Below are positions 27,905 to 40,671 of a stretch of DNA of 64,000 nt, piece by piece. The position numbers and the translations under genes were made by a program. The stretch comes from Octopus sinensis (Eukaryota): assembly GCF_006345805.1 (NCBI RefSeq), contig NC_043004.1:9114001-9178000 (forward strand), written 5' to 3'. The notes under the pieces are model-generated. The model ran no database searches. It was not told the DNA's origin and saw only the letters and a program-made list of their open reading frames with translations. Positions within the stretch are counted from its first letter, which is position 1. Every line of letters begins with the position of its first letter.

Positions 27905-29376
27905 AGTTAAATAAATAAGCAAATATATTTAAACAATATTTTTTAAGAAATAAATAAAATAATAATTTTTCTTATAAAAAATTCTATTATCAAATTAGAA
28001 ACTTTAACGATTAGGATTATATCATACAATCCAATTATAATGTTAAATATTAATTTTTAAGGTAAAAATAGATAGAATATGTATTTATCTATTAAGATAT
28101 AATATGGCTTTAAAAAACATAATAAACTCACGAATAACCTAATCTCAGTTATAGTCAATATGTAATTACAAAGTTATTTAACAAAAAAAATAACCACTAT
28201 TCATATTATTAAATTTAAGTTCAAATCTAATAATTATAAAATATCTAAGAATAATAACTAAATTATTATCAATAAATATAATAATTAAGATCTAAAATAT
28301 TCTCTATCAATAAATATATATACGTATAATGAAAACTAAATAAATTAATTATTCCATTATTACTTACGAAATATATTAAAGAATTATAGATGAAAAAGCA
28401 AAATATAAACGAATAACCTATCTTAAAAAAACCGTATAACTATTTAACGATCAATATATCTCGTTGGCTAATTAATAACTTCCAAAACCCTATAGTTATA
28501 ATCAAATAATGAAATACATATCTTCAACAACTAAATACTTACACAATCAAATTATCAATCCTTAGTTATATAGTATCCAATATAATACAATATAACATAA
28601 ATTATTAAAAAAACTTTAATAAAAAGTTTTACTTAGCTTTCAAAAATCGTGTCATTAACTAAACTAATAATAAACAAATGGAAAATTCTTTTAACAATGA
28701 AAATTACGAATATATTTTATCAATGAAAAATACCACTACAAATTATCAACGGAAAATGGCTATATTTAAGCTATAATAGAACAAAGTCACTATTAGAGAT
28801 ATCTATGAATATATAATATGGCTTAAAAAAAACATAATAAACTCACGAATATCCTTAACTCAGTTATAGTCCAAAATTTAATTACCAAATTATTTAACTA
28901 AATAATCATTATTCATATTTTAGATTTAAGTACACATCTAATAATTATAAAAATAATAACTAAATTATTATCAACAAATATAGTGATTAAAATCTAAAAT
29001 TTACGCTATCAAAAATGTATAGACATATAAAGAAAAATAAATTAATTAATTAATCCAATACTACTTACATAAATATTAAATATTAATATAATATAATTAT
29101 GAGATACATTAAAAAATTTGAAGATTAAAATCAAATTATAAACTAGTAACCTAACTTTAAAAAACCGTATAATTATTAACGATCTATATATCACTTTGGC
29201 TAAGTAATATCTTACAAATAACGTAGAGTTAAAATCTAATAATTTTATACATATCTTCAACAACTAAATCATCAAATAACAATCAGTATTTATATACTAT
29301 ACAAATTAATACAATAAGACTTATCAAAATATTAAAAAAATTTTAATCTTAAATAGAAATACATTACTTAGCTTTC
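27905..29376 (+). mobile_element. Very AT-rich tandem duplication (~715-735 bp units), probably decayed PLE RT-linker/GIY-YIG
   Basis: Anchors recur at ~715-735 offset: aatatggctt (28101/28815), ctcagttatagtc, aaccgtataa, catatcttcaacaactaaat, acttagctttc (28631/29366). Residual translations LSYS and TLAK...ELKSNN...IIK. Confidence 0.5.
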
Positions 29377-29395
29377 CAAGGCAGTATATATATAT

Positions 29396-29477
29396 AGGAG
29401 TGGCTGTGTGGTAAGTAGCTTGCTTACCAAAGCCTTGTGAGTGGATTTGGTAGACAGAAACTGAAAGAAGCCCGTCG

Positions 29478-29516
<39 letters not shown>

Positions 29517-29726
29517 GTATGTGTTTGTGTGTCTGTGTTTGTCCCCCTAGTATTGCTTGACAACCGATGCTGGTGTGTTTACGTCCCCGTAATTTAGCGG
29601 TTCGGCAAAAGAGACCGATGGAATAAGTACTAGGCATACAAAGAGTAAGTCCTGGGGTCGATTTGCTCGACTAAGAGGTGGTGCTCCAGCATGGCCACAG
29701 TCAAATGACTGAAACAAGTAAAAGAG

Positions 29727-29727
<1 letters not shown>
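29396..29727 (+). mobile_element. SINE family A with internal deletion
   Basis: Head joins directly to aaagccttgtgagtgg. Intact 3' half and tail. Confidence 0.85.
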
Positions 29728-29758
<31 letters not shown>

Positions 29759-30704
29759 TATATATGTATATCGTCATTTCAACGGTGTCATGTCCTCATT
29801 GGGGATTAATAAATCCAAAATTTCACTGGTTTAACCTCCATCACATTAGAAGAAAATTTCCACAATGTTTTATGGATTATTATAATAAGTATTATCGATA
29901 AGGTAAGAAAATGTAGATTTGGAGATGTATAATTAATTTATTTGTATCAAGGTTTGAAGCTAAATTTTAAATACAAACCAATTTTAAAAGAGTACACAAG
30001 AAACTCAAAAACTTACGTTTGTTTCGATTCAGGGCCCTTAGTAATGCATTTGGGTTCGAATCATTTGGGTCAGATCCGATGTTAAGAATAGTTTATAATT
30101 TTAAACTGTGCGGGTCAGAATCTCTTCAGTTTTTTTTTCTTTTGTTTTTAAAAACAAAGGTTATATATTTTTTGAAGGGATTCAAATTTGAAACTAAGGA
30201 AGTTTAAAAAGTTATATCTTATATATATTGTGTGTGTGTATTTGAAAAGATTATAATTCAAGTAAGTAAAAAATAAAAAAATAAAAATAAAATAAAAATA
30301 AAATTTTAAAATATGTAAATAATAAAAAATAATGATATATCTGTAAGGGAAAATAATTATGTAATAAAAATGAATTTAAAAATAGATACAAAATAGTCAA
30401 TAATAAATAAATCGTTGTAACTGAATAATTTCTATTGGCTTACTAATAGATACCAGTAACTATCCATGAAGTCGTGATCGTCGAATCGTATCAAGTGAAA
30501 ATTTAATCGTTTATATATATTTTACTCTAGACTCAAGTTTGAATTATCTAGCCGTTAAGAGATCAAGTTAGTATATATACACATAGACCCCTTTTTTTAC
30601 ATATGTTATATAGTGACCTATGTTCGAGTAGATATTTATAAACCCGTGTAGATATATTGTAATCACTCTGTGGATTGTAGATATCCAAATGTGGCTGACT
30701 ATAT

Positions 30705-30970
30705 CACTCAGTAGGAGTCCATAAAAAAGCTGTCATGGTGTCGATCGCTCTCCAACAGGTTTATGGTTGAGGCTGGGTCAGAGGAATCCTCCGGCGTTCT
30801 TTGCCCCCGGACCATATTCCTGCTCACTGCTATCACAGCAGAGATTGCTGTCCGCAAGTGCAAGTCACGTGAGTGAGAGTGTCTGTTCCAGTACATCACC
30901 GCCGCTATCCTCCGGGGCGACGCTTTTGCCATTTTGTCTGCTGGGGCCATGAGAAATGTCATATAATGCC
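30705..30970 (-). mobile_element. Possible Tx1-like 3' remnant
   Basis: GC-rich island. DTLTHVTCTC and AVIAVSRNMV resemble the C-terminal motifs seen at 15.0-15.2 kb. Confidence 0.35.
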
Positions 30971-32769
30971 TTTGTCATAGAGTTTAATGACATCTACTTA
31001 ACTGCATATAAAACTATATTATAATAATAGATAAGAGATTGTAGTATTATCATTGCTTTCTGCATTTCTAATATATACATACGCTCACTCATATACACAC
31101 ACGGTGCACCTAATATACGAAGCAACGCACACACACACGCACACACGCACACACACACGCGCGCGCACACACATCCTTCAGGTTACTGTAAAATTGTTAT
31201 GATTTAACATAAAACAAAAAGTACCATAAATTATGTCTTTATATATATGTATTTATGTATGTATGTATGTATGTATGTATGTATGTATGTATGTATGTGT
31301 GTGTGTAGAACTTGTATTTAAAATTAAAGCTTGGGTAGCCTCGAAACTTTGTTATGGGAATGTCCCTTATAGTGAATCTGCAGAGCACGTCCACCGCTTT
31401 TGGCGACCAGGCGTCACCCAGGGGTGGTGCACTTTCGTTGCTGGATGTACATAAGGAATTTCTCGGTGCACGTTGAGTGTATTCGAAATGATTAATACGG
31501 AAGACAGAGTCTACTTACTGGAAGCTTTATTTAAAAGATATATATATTGCTTGAAAACATTTTGACTCAATTCCATTCGGCTTAAAGTTTCGTAGGCTCG
31601 TAGAAGGAACATAACTCATCAGGCATTTAGAAATAGAGTAACAGGATATGAAACAAATTCAAAATGGCAAGTAGCCACTAGATGTTATACTTCTATTAGT
31701 CAGTTCACGTCATGTGGTATTATTGGCCTGGAAGCGACATCAATTATGAATGTTGGTAGCTACATTCTGAAAGCTGCGGTATGGTTTACGGAGCGACACC
31801 AGTTCGTAGCATTTATTACAAGGGCAGAATAGTGTTTGTTGCAGGTTAGTATAAAATCTAACAATATAAACGGCAACACAGCCTTTTTTTTTTACTGGAA
31901 GTAACCATTGGTGGTGCTATGCTGGATTGTCAGCATGGATGGGACTGTAGTCTATACGAGCGACAAAGATTAAACACCGTAATACTTGTGTATGAAGCAG
32001 CGGCTTTCAATGGATATCTGGATTGTCAGCTGCCAGTGGCTTAAACTTCCTTCGTACCTCTGACAACAACAGTAAGTTAGTTAATTCTTCTAGTTGATAG
32101 ATAGTGTAGGTTGGTGGAAACTTGGAGAATGCTAAGAACATATATTTTTCATTTATTTCGAAATTTGCTATAAAATTATGGTTTTTGGCCGTGTTGGCTG
32201 CTATTTCTAGCATGTAAAAATTACCTGTTAAAGGGTAATTTTCTATTTTGAAATACGAATATGTTGTCTATTGATATATATATATCAATACATGTATATA
32301 TACTGATGTATATGTATAGCTGTATGTGTATAGATGTATTTCTATAGATATACATGTATAGGTAAAAATGTATGTCTAGATGTATATATAGATGTACATG
32401 TAATATGTACACATATATATACACATATGTACATGCATACATATATACACCCATACACACATACCGATGCACCCACACCCACAAATACACACACACACAC
32501 ACACAGAGGTGCAGGTGTGGCTGTGTGGTAACAAACTTGGTTCCAAAACACTTGGTCTTCAGTTCAGTCCCACTGTGTGGTAACTTGGCATGTGTCTTCT
32601 GCTATAGCATCATACCAGCCAGAGCTCGCTCTGGGCGACGTTGGTTCGACCGTCCACAGCTACCAGCCCACAGTCGACTAGGAGAAATGAAAGTGTCACC
32701 TCTGAAGTTTGCAAATGACCACTATACAGATACGTAACTGGACAGAATAAATTTAGTGGATGCAGAGAT

Positions 32770-33010
32770 GCTATAGCGACCGGAGCTCGCTCCGGGCGAC
32801 ATTGGGGCGACTGTACACAGCTACCAGACCACAGTCGACGTTATGGCGACCGGAGCTCACTCCGGGCGACATTGGGGCAACTGTACACAGCTACCAGCAC
32901 ATAGTCGACGCTATAGCGACCGGAGCTCGCTCCGGGCGACATTGAGGCGACTGTACACAGCTACCAGCCCACAATCGACGCTATGGCGACCGGAGCTCGC
33001 TCCGGGCGAC
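32770..33010. repeat. 70-bp GC-rich tandem repeat, ~3.4 units (degenerate extra unit at ~32600-32678)
   Basis: Unit starts at 32770, 32840, 32910 and 32980: gctatagcgaccggagctcgctccgggcgacattggggcgactgtacacagctaccagaccacagtcgac. Confidence 0.95.
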
Positions 33011-33750
33011 AAAATCAAACGGGCATGGAACAACAATAAGCTGACCAAGACCACAAAAATGAAGATTTACCAGGCATGTGTACTTAACACTCTACTGTAT
33101 AGAAGTGAGACTTGGACGCCATACACACGCCATACGACGCCATACGTCGCCTAAATATCTTTCACCAACGCTGCCTCCGGAAAATCCTTCGCATCAAATG
33201 GCAGAATCATGTCTCCAACAAAGATGTCCTCAAGTAAGCAGGAATACCAAGCATGTTTACACTCCTCACACAAAGACGTATGAGATGGCTTCGACATGTT
33301 AGCCGTATGGAAGATGGCAGAATCCCCAAGGACATACTCAACGGAGAGCTTGCTAGGGGCACTAGGTCTGTGGGAAGACCGTTCTTACGATACAAGGATG
33401 TTTGCAAAAGGGACATGAATGCCTGCAACATCAATATTACCAACTGGGAAGCAGTTGCCAGCAACCGTGGATATTGGCGACGTACCGTAAAAGAGGGAAC
33501 GCAAAGGAGTGACATAGAGGGAGAGGAGAAATGGAAATACAAGAAAAGACATCAACAAGAAAGTATGACATTACAACCAGCCAGGCAAAGTCTTCGCTAC
33601 ATTTGCGGCACCTGCCAGAGGGAGTGTTTGTCTAGGATAGGACTACACAGCTACAGCAGGAGATGTATTAGGACATGAAATGTAAAAGCCGGACTAGATT
33701 ATTTTATGCGCAACTCCATTGTCTCCCGAGACAAAAGGGATGCTAACAAC
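33011..33750 (+). mobile_element. RTE-clade LINE 3' fragment
   Basis: TKMKIYQACVLNTLLY..ETWT, RRMRWLRHVSRMEDGRIPKDILNGEL..GRP.LRYKDVCKRDM and terminal C..C...C.SRIGL.S..RRC. Confidence 0.9.
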
Positions 33751-34045
33751 AATATATATGGATTTCGTAGATAGGAACTGAAACAAATCAATCGTATATA
33801 TATGTATATATGTAAGTGTATGTGTGTGTCTTTGTGTCTGTGTTTCGCCCTCATCACTGCTTCACAACTGGTGTTCATTTATTTAGATCCACATAACTTA
33901 CTGGTTTCACAAGAACAAACTAATAGAATAAGTACTAGTCTTATCAACATAAAAAAGTACTAGACTGTGTCTCATATTTTTGTTTGCCCACTCAGTTGTA
34001 TATATCAATTTATCTTTGTGTGTGGTGTGTGTGTGTGTGTATCTA

Positions 34046-34096
<51 letters not shown>

Positions 34097-34159
34097 ATCT
34101 ATCTATCTATCCATATATATATATATATTATATATATATATATAATATATATATAAACA

Positions 34160-34440
34160 CCCTAATGGGAGCCTTAACTCCCAAATTTTAGTCATTTCTT
34201 TTATGATCCAAAACTAGGTCAAAAGTACTGAATGGATCTTTATGAAATTTGGAAATTATATTCTAAGCATAAAGGCCTTAACCCCCATGACAATTCATAT
34301 ATTTTTGCTGTTGATGAAATTTTAACCATAGATATTAGACACAAATGAAGTAATATTTATAAAATTTCATCTTCTTACAAAGTTAGAAAGACCCCTCCAT
34401 GGGGACTTAACACCCACAATTTTGTCATTTTACCTAAGCA
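34160..34440 (+). mobile_element. Possible Helitron/Helentron-type non-autonomous fragment
   Basis: gatctttatgaaatttgg motif typical of such elements. No termini resolved. Confidence 0.3.
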
Positions 34441-35041
34441 AAAACGAATACAGTTGTGCTCTTGGAAGCTGTAGGGTTACCCGAGCATAAAAATTGGGCA
34501 TTATTTGTAATTCAATGGTACAACAGTGTAACAGTTTGCTTTAACATACACTTACATTGTGATTTCTGCAACGTGGTGCATAAATTGTTAAGTAAATGAG
34601 AGACATCTTTGTCTCCACTGATTCAGTTGCAAAGTGTTGAGTAAAGCTATTTGATTGCAGATCTCCTTTCAGTCTTTTTATTATCACTCAGTCACACATA
34701 GTCCCCAGATGGTAACATTGATTATAAGGCCTTCCCAGATGAGTGACTGGTTATTCAAAGACATTTATAGATTTTAAATTCATTCTGTCCAGTTACGTAT
34801 CAGGATAGTGGTCATTTGCAAACTCCAGAGGTGACACATTAATTTCTCCTAAGCCCTCACGTCACACAGTTGTTAATGTTGATTTCAGTTGGGTCACGCT
34901 CTTCCAATTGCTATAGATTCGTAATGCATCTTACGGCTGTGCCTGTCACCTGGATGGTGAGGAATCCTACATTGGGAGTGGTAACGACTAGGGTAGGGTA
35001 ACTGATTGCTTATTGTGATCATTCGTCTTTTGGTTTCCATG

Positions 35042-35072
<31 letters not shown>

Positions 35073-35348
35073 GAAAGATGAATAATCTTGTAGCAGATTA
35101 ATCAAAAGTTTAACCGATACCTTGGTAGCAAAAATCACAGCAGAAGGAGCCTAGTTCGATTTGTTTTGCTCCGCCTCTGTTCTGTTTTTGTTTTTTCCAA
35201 CGGATTTCCTATTTCTTCCTGAAGAGAAAGACACAATATGGTCTCATTATTCAATCGGATTTTGGTAAATTGTGCTTTCGAAACACGTGTAGAATGAAAT
35301 AAAACGATTTCTGTTCAATCTTCGTTCAGCTCCATTTCTTCAATTCAC

Positions 35349-35408
<60 letters not shown>

Positions 35409-35769
35409 CACACACACACTACAAACAAAACATACACACGATACATATACATACACGCACACACACATACCTCTTTGATTTTTGACCTGTGGCTGGACAC
35501 AAAAACACCACTCCTTATTCTTACATACTGGCCAGCTACTCGCCAGTTGTTCGCATACACACATATACACACACACGCACACACACGTGTCATCATTGCA
35601 CACATACACACACGCGCGCACCCGCAGACCGCCGCGCACGCACAAATCCACACACATTCACCCCTCACTTTCCTTGTCTTTGACATACTACCTACTGTCT
35701 TTGAAAGCTCTCCTGTCTTTAAAAAACATTATTCTTCCACCTTTCTACTTCCGGTCTTTCAATATGTGA

Positions 35770-35975
35770 CCTCGTGAGTACCGCTGCCGATTTTGTTTCC
35801 TCTGTCTTCCCTTCTCGGGATCTTTCCTTCTCCTATGTTTCCGACGAAGAGCTCCGCTCGAAACGTTAAACCCTCCTTCTTCCCTTCCTGGGCGTCAAAT
35901 AATACTTTATTTGTTCCACGCCCTCCCGTTGCTGTGTTTTTTTTTGTTTTTTTGTGTTTTCTTGTTTGGATTAAC
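35770..35975 (+). mobile_element. Short (TA)n-associated element with minimal HHR-like motif (35837-35871)
   Basis: GTTT-CCGACGA-A-GAGC-TCC-GCTC-GAAAC-GTT-AAAC. The element ends in ...cttgtttggattaac followed by (TA)n. Homologous to 3600-3800 and 27240-27440. Confidence 0.7.
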
Positions 35976-35977
35976 TG

Positions 35978-36019
<42 letters not shown>

Positions 36020-36026
36020 ATAATAT

Positions 36027-36080
<54 letters not shown>

Positions 36081-36270
36081 TGAGTGTATTTTTACCTTGT
36101 TAACAATTAACACGGAAAAATAAATAAATAGTTACCAGGGCAGCAAAAATCTCACAAGTAAAGGTGTTGTAACTCCTTGTTTATAAAGGTAGAAACTTCG
36201 TGTTTACGTTGAATATTTTGAAAAATATGAATAAAAAATGGAGTTAACGCAGGTGTAATCAAATATTTTT

Positions 36271-36356
36271 ACTTTCGACGCATGTTTCGAAAATTCCACT
36301 GATACTATTCAAAAGAATAAATGGTATAAACAATGCAATCTTCTCCTCAGGAAAGT
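36271..36356 (-). ncRNA. Type I hammerhead ribozyme, inverted copy in PLE pLTR
   Basis: Reverse complement of 36908-36993 with one difference, in loop III (ATGC vs ATGT). All core nucleotides and stems are retained. Confidence 0.85.
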
Positions 36357-36557
36357 GAAAAAAACGAAACTCGTCAACAAGACACTTTAGCAAAAAATGA
36401 TGGATTTGTATAGCGATAGACAGAACGCTATTAATATTGTTTAAAAAAACGTTATATGATATAACTTCATAAGTAGCTAACAGAAAGAGTAAGGATATTA
36501 ATAGTGAATGTTAAATATAAAGGAAATTAAAGTTTAAATTATATATAATGATAGAGA

Positions 36558-36899
36558 CTACTTATATGCACTAAATGTATGTTTTTGCCAATGCTTACAT
36601 CTGTATGCTCGCTCTATAACTGTGTTTACTAGAGTAGTTTTAGAAAAAATAATGAAAAATAGCTCAGAATTACAGAGAAGACAGAATTTCTTGCCTTTGT
36701 CATATGGTATCGAAATTGAGAGGATCAACCATTCTAAATGAAATTGTTCATTGTGGTCTTTTAAATCCCAAATCAGTTTGCTGAGACCGGTACTATTCCG
36801 TTTATTTCTATCCCTAAATGTTGAGTAATGGATAGAAATTCTTTTAGATAACTCTAACGATGTGCTTCCAATGTAAAATCGTACTTTATTACGAGTACT
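36558..36899 (-). CDS. PLE GIY-YIG endonuclease C-terminal fragment (no start codon, no internal stop)
   Basis: Manual translation: STRNKVRFYIGSTSLELSKRISIHYSTFRDRNKRNSTGLSKLIWDLKDHNEQFHLEWLILSISIPYDKGKKFCLLCNSELFFIIFSKTTLVNTVIERAYRCKHWQKHTFSAYK*. It shows YIG, R..H, LSK.IW.LK, C.LC..E and N...E...C.H motifs. Not in the ORF track. Confidence 0.88.
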   Translation of the reverse strand, partial: STRNKVRFYIGSTSLELSKRISIHYSTFRDRNKRNSTGLSKLIWDLKDHNEQFHLEWLILSISIPYDKGKKFCLLCNSELFFIIFSKTTLVNTVIERAYRCKHWQKHTFSAYK

Positions 36900-36907
36900 G
36901 ATTATAC

Positions 36908-36993
36908 ACTTTCCTGAGGAGAAGATTGCATTGTTTATACCATTTATTCTTTTGAATAGTATCAGTGGAATTTTCGAAACATGTGTCGAAAGT
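36908..36993 (+). ncRNA. Type I hammerhead ribozyme (PLE-associated), apparently intact
   Basis: Folded by eye. Stem I ACTTTC (36908-13) pairs with GAAAGT (36988-93). Core CTGAGGA at 36914-20. Stem II GAAGATTGCA/TGGAATTTTC extends into a long imperfect hairpin capped by TATTC-TTTT-GAATA. GAAA at 36976-79. Short stem III AC-ATGT-GT (ACATGT palindrome). GUC triplet, predicted cleavage after 36987. Confidence 0.85.
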
Positions 36994-37032
36994 AAAAATA
37001 TTTGATTACACCTGCGTTAACTCCATTTTTTA

Positions 37033-37074
<42 letters not shown>

Positions 37075-37559
37075 GAAATGAGGTACTTAGAAGTTGGTAA
37101 TTTGACAACTCCACTAGAGTGGACGAAAGCGCAATATATATATAATATTTGATTTATAAAAACATGTAACATACTAATAAATATCTGTAATTATAAAACT
37201 ATCCAGATTTCTGAGTACCTCATTTCTTCTAATATATAATACCTGTACATCATCTCCAAAACTTCTAACATATATATATATATATAAAGAATTAAAGTGG
37301 TACAGTGGACTTTAAAATATAAGGTGAAAGAACATGTGGATGGGTAATTGTTGTCTGGTGTAAGGGAAATACAATGGTGGTATATAAACCATATTGTAAA
37401 CATAGTACAAAAGCGGTGTATAAATTGAGATGTGAAGAAAGAAAGGTGAGGTGTGCGTGTGGATGACGGTGTGTACACTGATGGGTAAAAACGGGAGCCT
37501 TGCATGGGCAAATGTAAAAGGCGATTTATGATGTAATGGTAGAAAATAGAGAACCCAGA

Positions 37560-38440
37560 AGTCAAATAGATTTGAATTTCGATAAGTGTAAGATAAAAAG
37601 TAAATATGCGAATGATGTAATAAAGGTAGTCTGAAGAATCGTAGAAAGAATTTTCTTTGATTGTGACGCAAAGAATATAAATGTCTGAGAGGCTGAGAAT
37701 ATTACATTTTTCTGCTAAGCAGAAGTAGCTGCTTATAATGAGTTGGTAAAAATTCAATAATAGGCCATATGATGCTGTTGGTGACACCTCTACTCTTTAA
37801 GCTCCAAATGTATTTCATAAAAGTTGCCACAGAGATTTTGTCCTCATATCTGAAAGTGTATGTATATTGAGTATACCTAAATATAAACATGCTCCCAGTG
37901 ACGCCTATGTAATACCTTGTGCCATTGGTGTTAATCTAGTTTGAAATGTTAGTGCAATAAACGACGTTTCTTTGATGGCATTTACTGGATACAAGGCATA
38001 TACTTTTGTTGAGACAGTTGCATTGCAGTGATGAATAATTTTTTGGAAGTGGGGAAGCTAGCTTTTCCCCTATTACTTCTGGTTTGGGAGGAGACGAAAC
38101 TGTTCGAGTAGCTATAACTTACTTTGTGGTTGTATCTATTAAAGAATTTGTACAATTTATGGTCGCTAAGGAAGTTCTTACTAAATCTAGTATCTAGCAA
38201 TATTGGTTCTAACATTTAAACCGAAAATGGGGTCATACCATATAGTTTCCTTTACCAGGTTTGTGTAAAGTTTGATGATCTTTGTTGAGAGCTGCATTTT
38301 ATAGTATCGTTAAAGACGCCTCTGCTCAGCGTGTCAGTGTATAGCAGCGCTATCAAAACTTTCCTAATTTGTTGATATTCATTTAGAGATGCTTTCACTA
38401 ATTTTTAAACTTATCAATAAACATTAGCAATAAACGTAGT
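37560..38440 (-). mobile_element. Second, decayed Penelope-like element (RT linker + GIY-YIG)
   Basis: HKLYKFFNRYNHKVSYS (ORF 37982-38215), then CNCLNKSICLVSSKCHQRNVVY, RYYIGVT and KYIWSLK..WPII (ORF 37702-37890). Stops and frameshifts present. Confidence 0.8.
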
Positions 38441-38467
38441 AGGAATATTTCAGATCCACGCAATAAC

Positions 38468-38687
38468 CTATTTCTTTACTACCCACAAGGGGCTAAACAC
38501 AGAAGGGACAAACAAGGACAGAAAAACGGTTTAAGTCGATTATATCGACCCAGTGCGTAACTGGTACTTATTTAATCGACCCCGAAAGGATAAAAGGCAA
38601 AGTCGACCTCGGCGGAATTTGACCTCAGACGAAATACCGCTGAGCATTTCGTCCGGCGTGCTAACGTTTCTGCCAGCTCGCCGCCTT
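38468..38687 (-). mobile_element. Short tRNA-derived SINE (family B); other copies ~6600-6765(-), 12953-13140(+), 21740-21947(+), 48455-48570(-)
   Basis: Head aaggcggcgagctggcagaaacg (A-box-like). Shared gtcgactttgcctttcatcctttcggggtcgat core. Confidence 0.8.
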
Positions 38688-39185
38688 GCAATAACCTCGT
38701 TATAACCTCAGTAGCACTTCATGCGTGGTAGTGTGTGCGTACATATCTTGATGTTTCTTGTATTTGTTTGTACCTAATTACTTTAATGTTATGTTAAATT
38801 TTGGATGTATAAATGTACATGTGCGGTAATCCTTATAGACATACAAAACATGTTACTCTGTTTCCTTTGAATTCGCAGAAGCTGTCTAGCACGTTTTCTC
38901 TATTCGCTCGAAGGTCATGAATGCTATATTGACAACAACAAGATAACTCATTTTCTTCCATTGTCGTTTATAAATGTTTCTGTGGATAACTACATCGATT
39001 GGTTGAACGCTATAAAAGTGAATTAAATCGTTTCTCATTCAGTTAATATGTTGGACACCCCTTCATTTTCCATGTTACGTTCTTCTGTTGTTGGGATGGC
39101 TGATTCCAAACCGACGGTTCCACACGACGCCTGATGAAATGACATGTTTTACTATTATTTAACGTTACATCTTCTGCATTTCTTG

Positions 39186-39301
<116 letters not shown>

Positions 39302-39302
39302 T

Positions 39303-39946
<644 letters not shown>

Positions 39947-40216
39947 TATTATTATTATTATTATTATTTATTATTATTATTATTATTATTATTTACTAAG
40001 CGATAAATGTACTAAACCTTATACAATTCTTTGATTTGCACAAATCCAGGTTAGTATTAATTAATTAATTCATTCATATATTAATGGTAATTGACGAGAT
40101 GTACAGTATGTACTCCTGTTTAAACACTTCTTTAACCAAGTACTCTGAAATATCCATACTATTACCATATGTATGATCGTAAATGAATACATGCATGCGC
40201 GTGAGTGTCATATATT

Positions 40217-40500
40217 TTGTTTTTCTTTTTCTCTTTCTTGTCTCAGTCATTAGACTGTGGCCATGCTGGTGCACCGCTTTGAAGAATTTTAGTCGAACGA
40301 ATCGACCCCTTTACTTATGATTGCCTTTGTAAAGCCTGGTACTTAGTCTATCGGTAGATTTTTCCAAACTACTAAGTTACTGGGATGTAAACACGCCAAC
40401 ACCGGTTGTCAAGTGATGGTGGGGACAAACACATACACAAAGACGCACACACGCATACATACATAGATATAGATATACCTGTATACACACACACACACAC

Positions 40501-40540
<40 letters not shown>

Positions 40541-40671
40541 GACGTGCTTATTTCTGTTTCCCTCTACCTAATCCAATCACAAAGCCTTGGTCAGCTGGAG
40601 GCTATAGAAGAAGACACTTGTCTTGAGTACCAGACAGTAGGACTGAACCCGGAACTATGTGGTTGGGAAGC
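40217..40671 (-). mobile_element. SINE family A, diverged
   Basis: Colinear with 8761-9172. Confidence 0.8.

Larger units (their letters stand above)
36080..37039 (-). mobile_element. 5'-truncated Penelope-like element with inverted partial pLTR, in (TA)n
   Basis: Contains a GIY-YIG frame, a downstream sense-strand HHR and a 133-bp inverted repeat (36225-36357 / 36907-37039, 1 mismatch). (TA)n on both flanks. Confidence 0.85.

Noticed and set aside
27545-29390. Possible mitochondrial insertion (NUMT)
   Set aside because: No recognisable mt gene, tRNA or rRNA motif. The internal ~720-bp duplication and PLE-like residues fit a decayed retroelement better. A BLAST vs mtDNA would settle it.
32770-33010. 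CRISPR-like array
   Set aside because: Units are whole-length repeats with no unique spacers, the context is eukaryotic and there are no cas genes.
37100-37135. TCCAC-TAGA-GTGGA-CGAAAG (similar to 26795-26812)
   Set aside because: The stem II-like hairpin and GAAA are present but there is no CUGANGA. Too decayed to call.
39138-39165. CTGATGA core near 39.14 kb
   Set aside because: No downstream GAAA or stem III.
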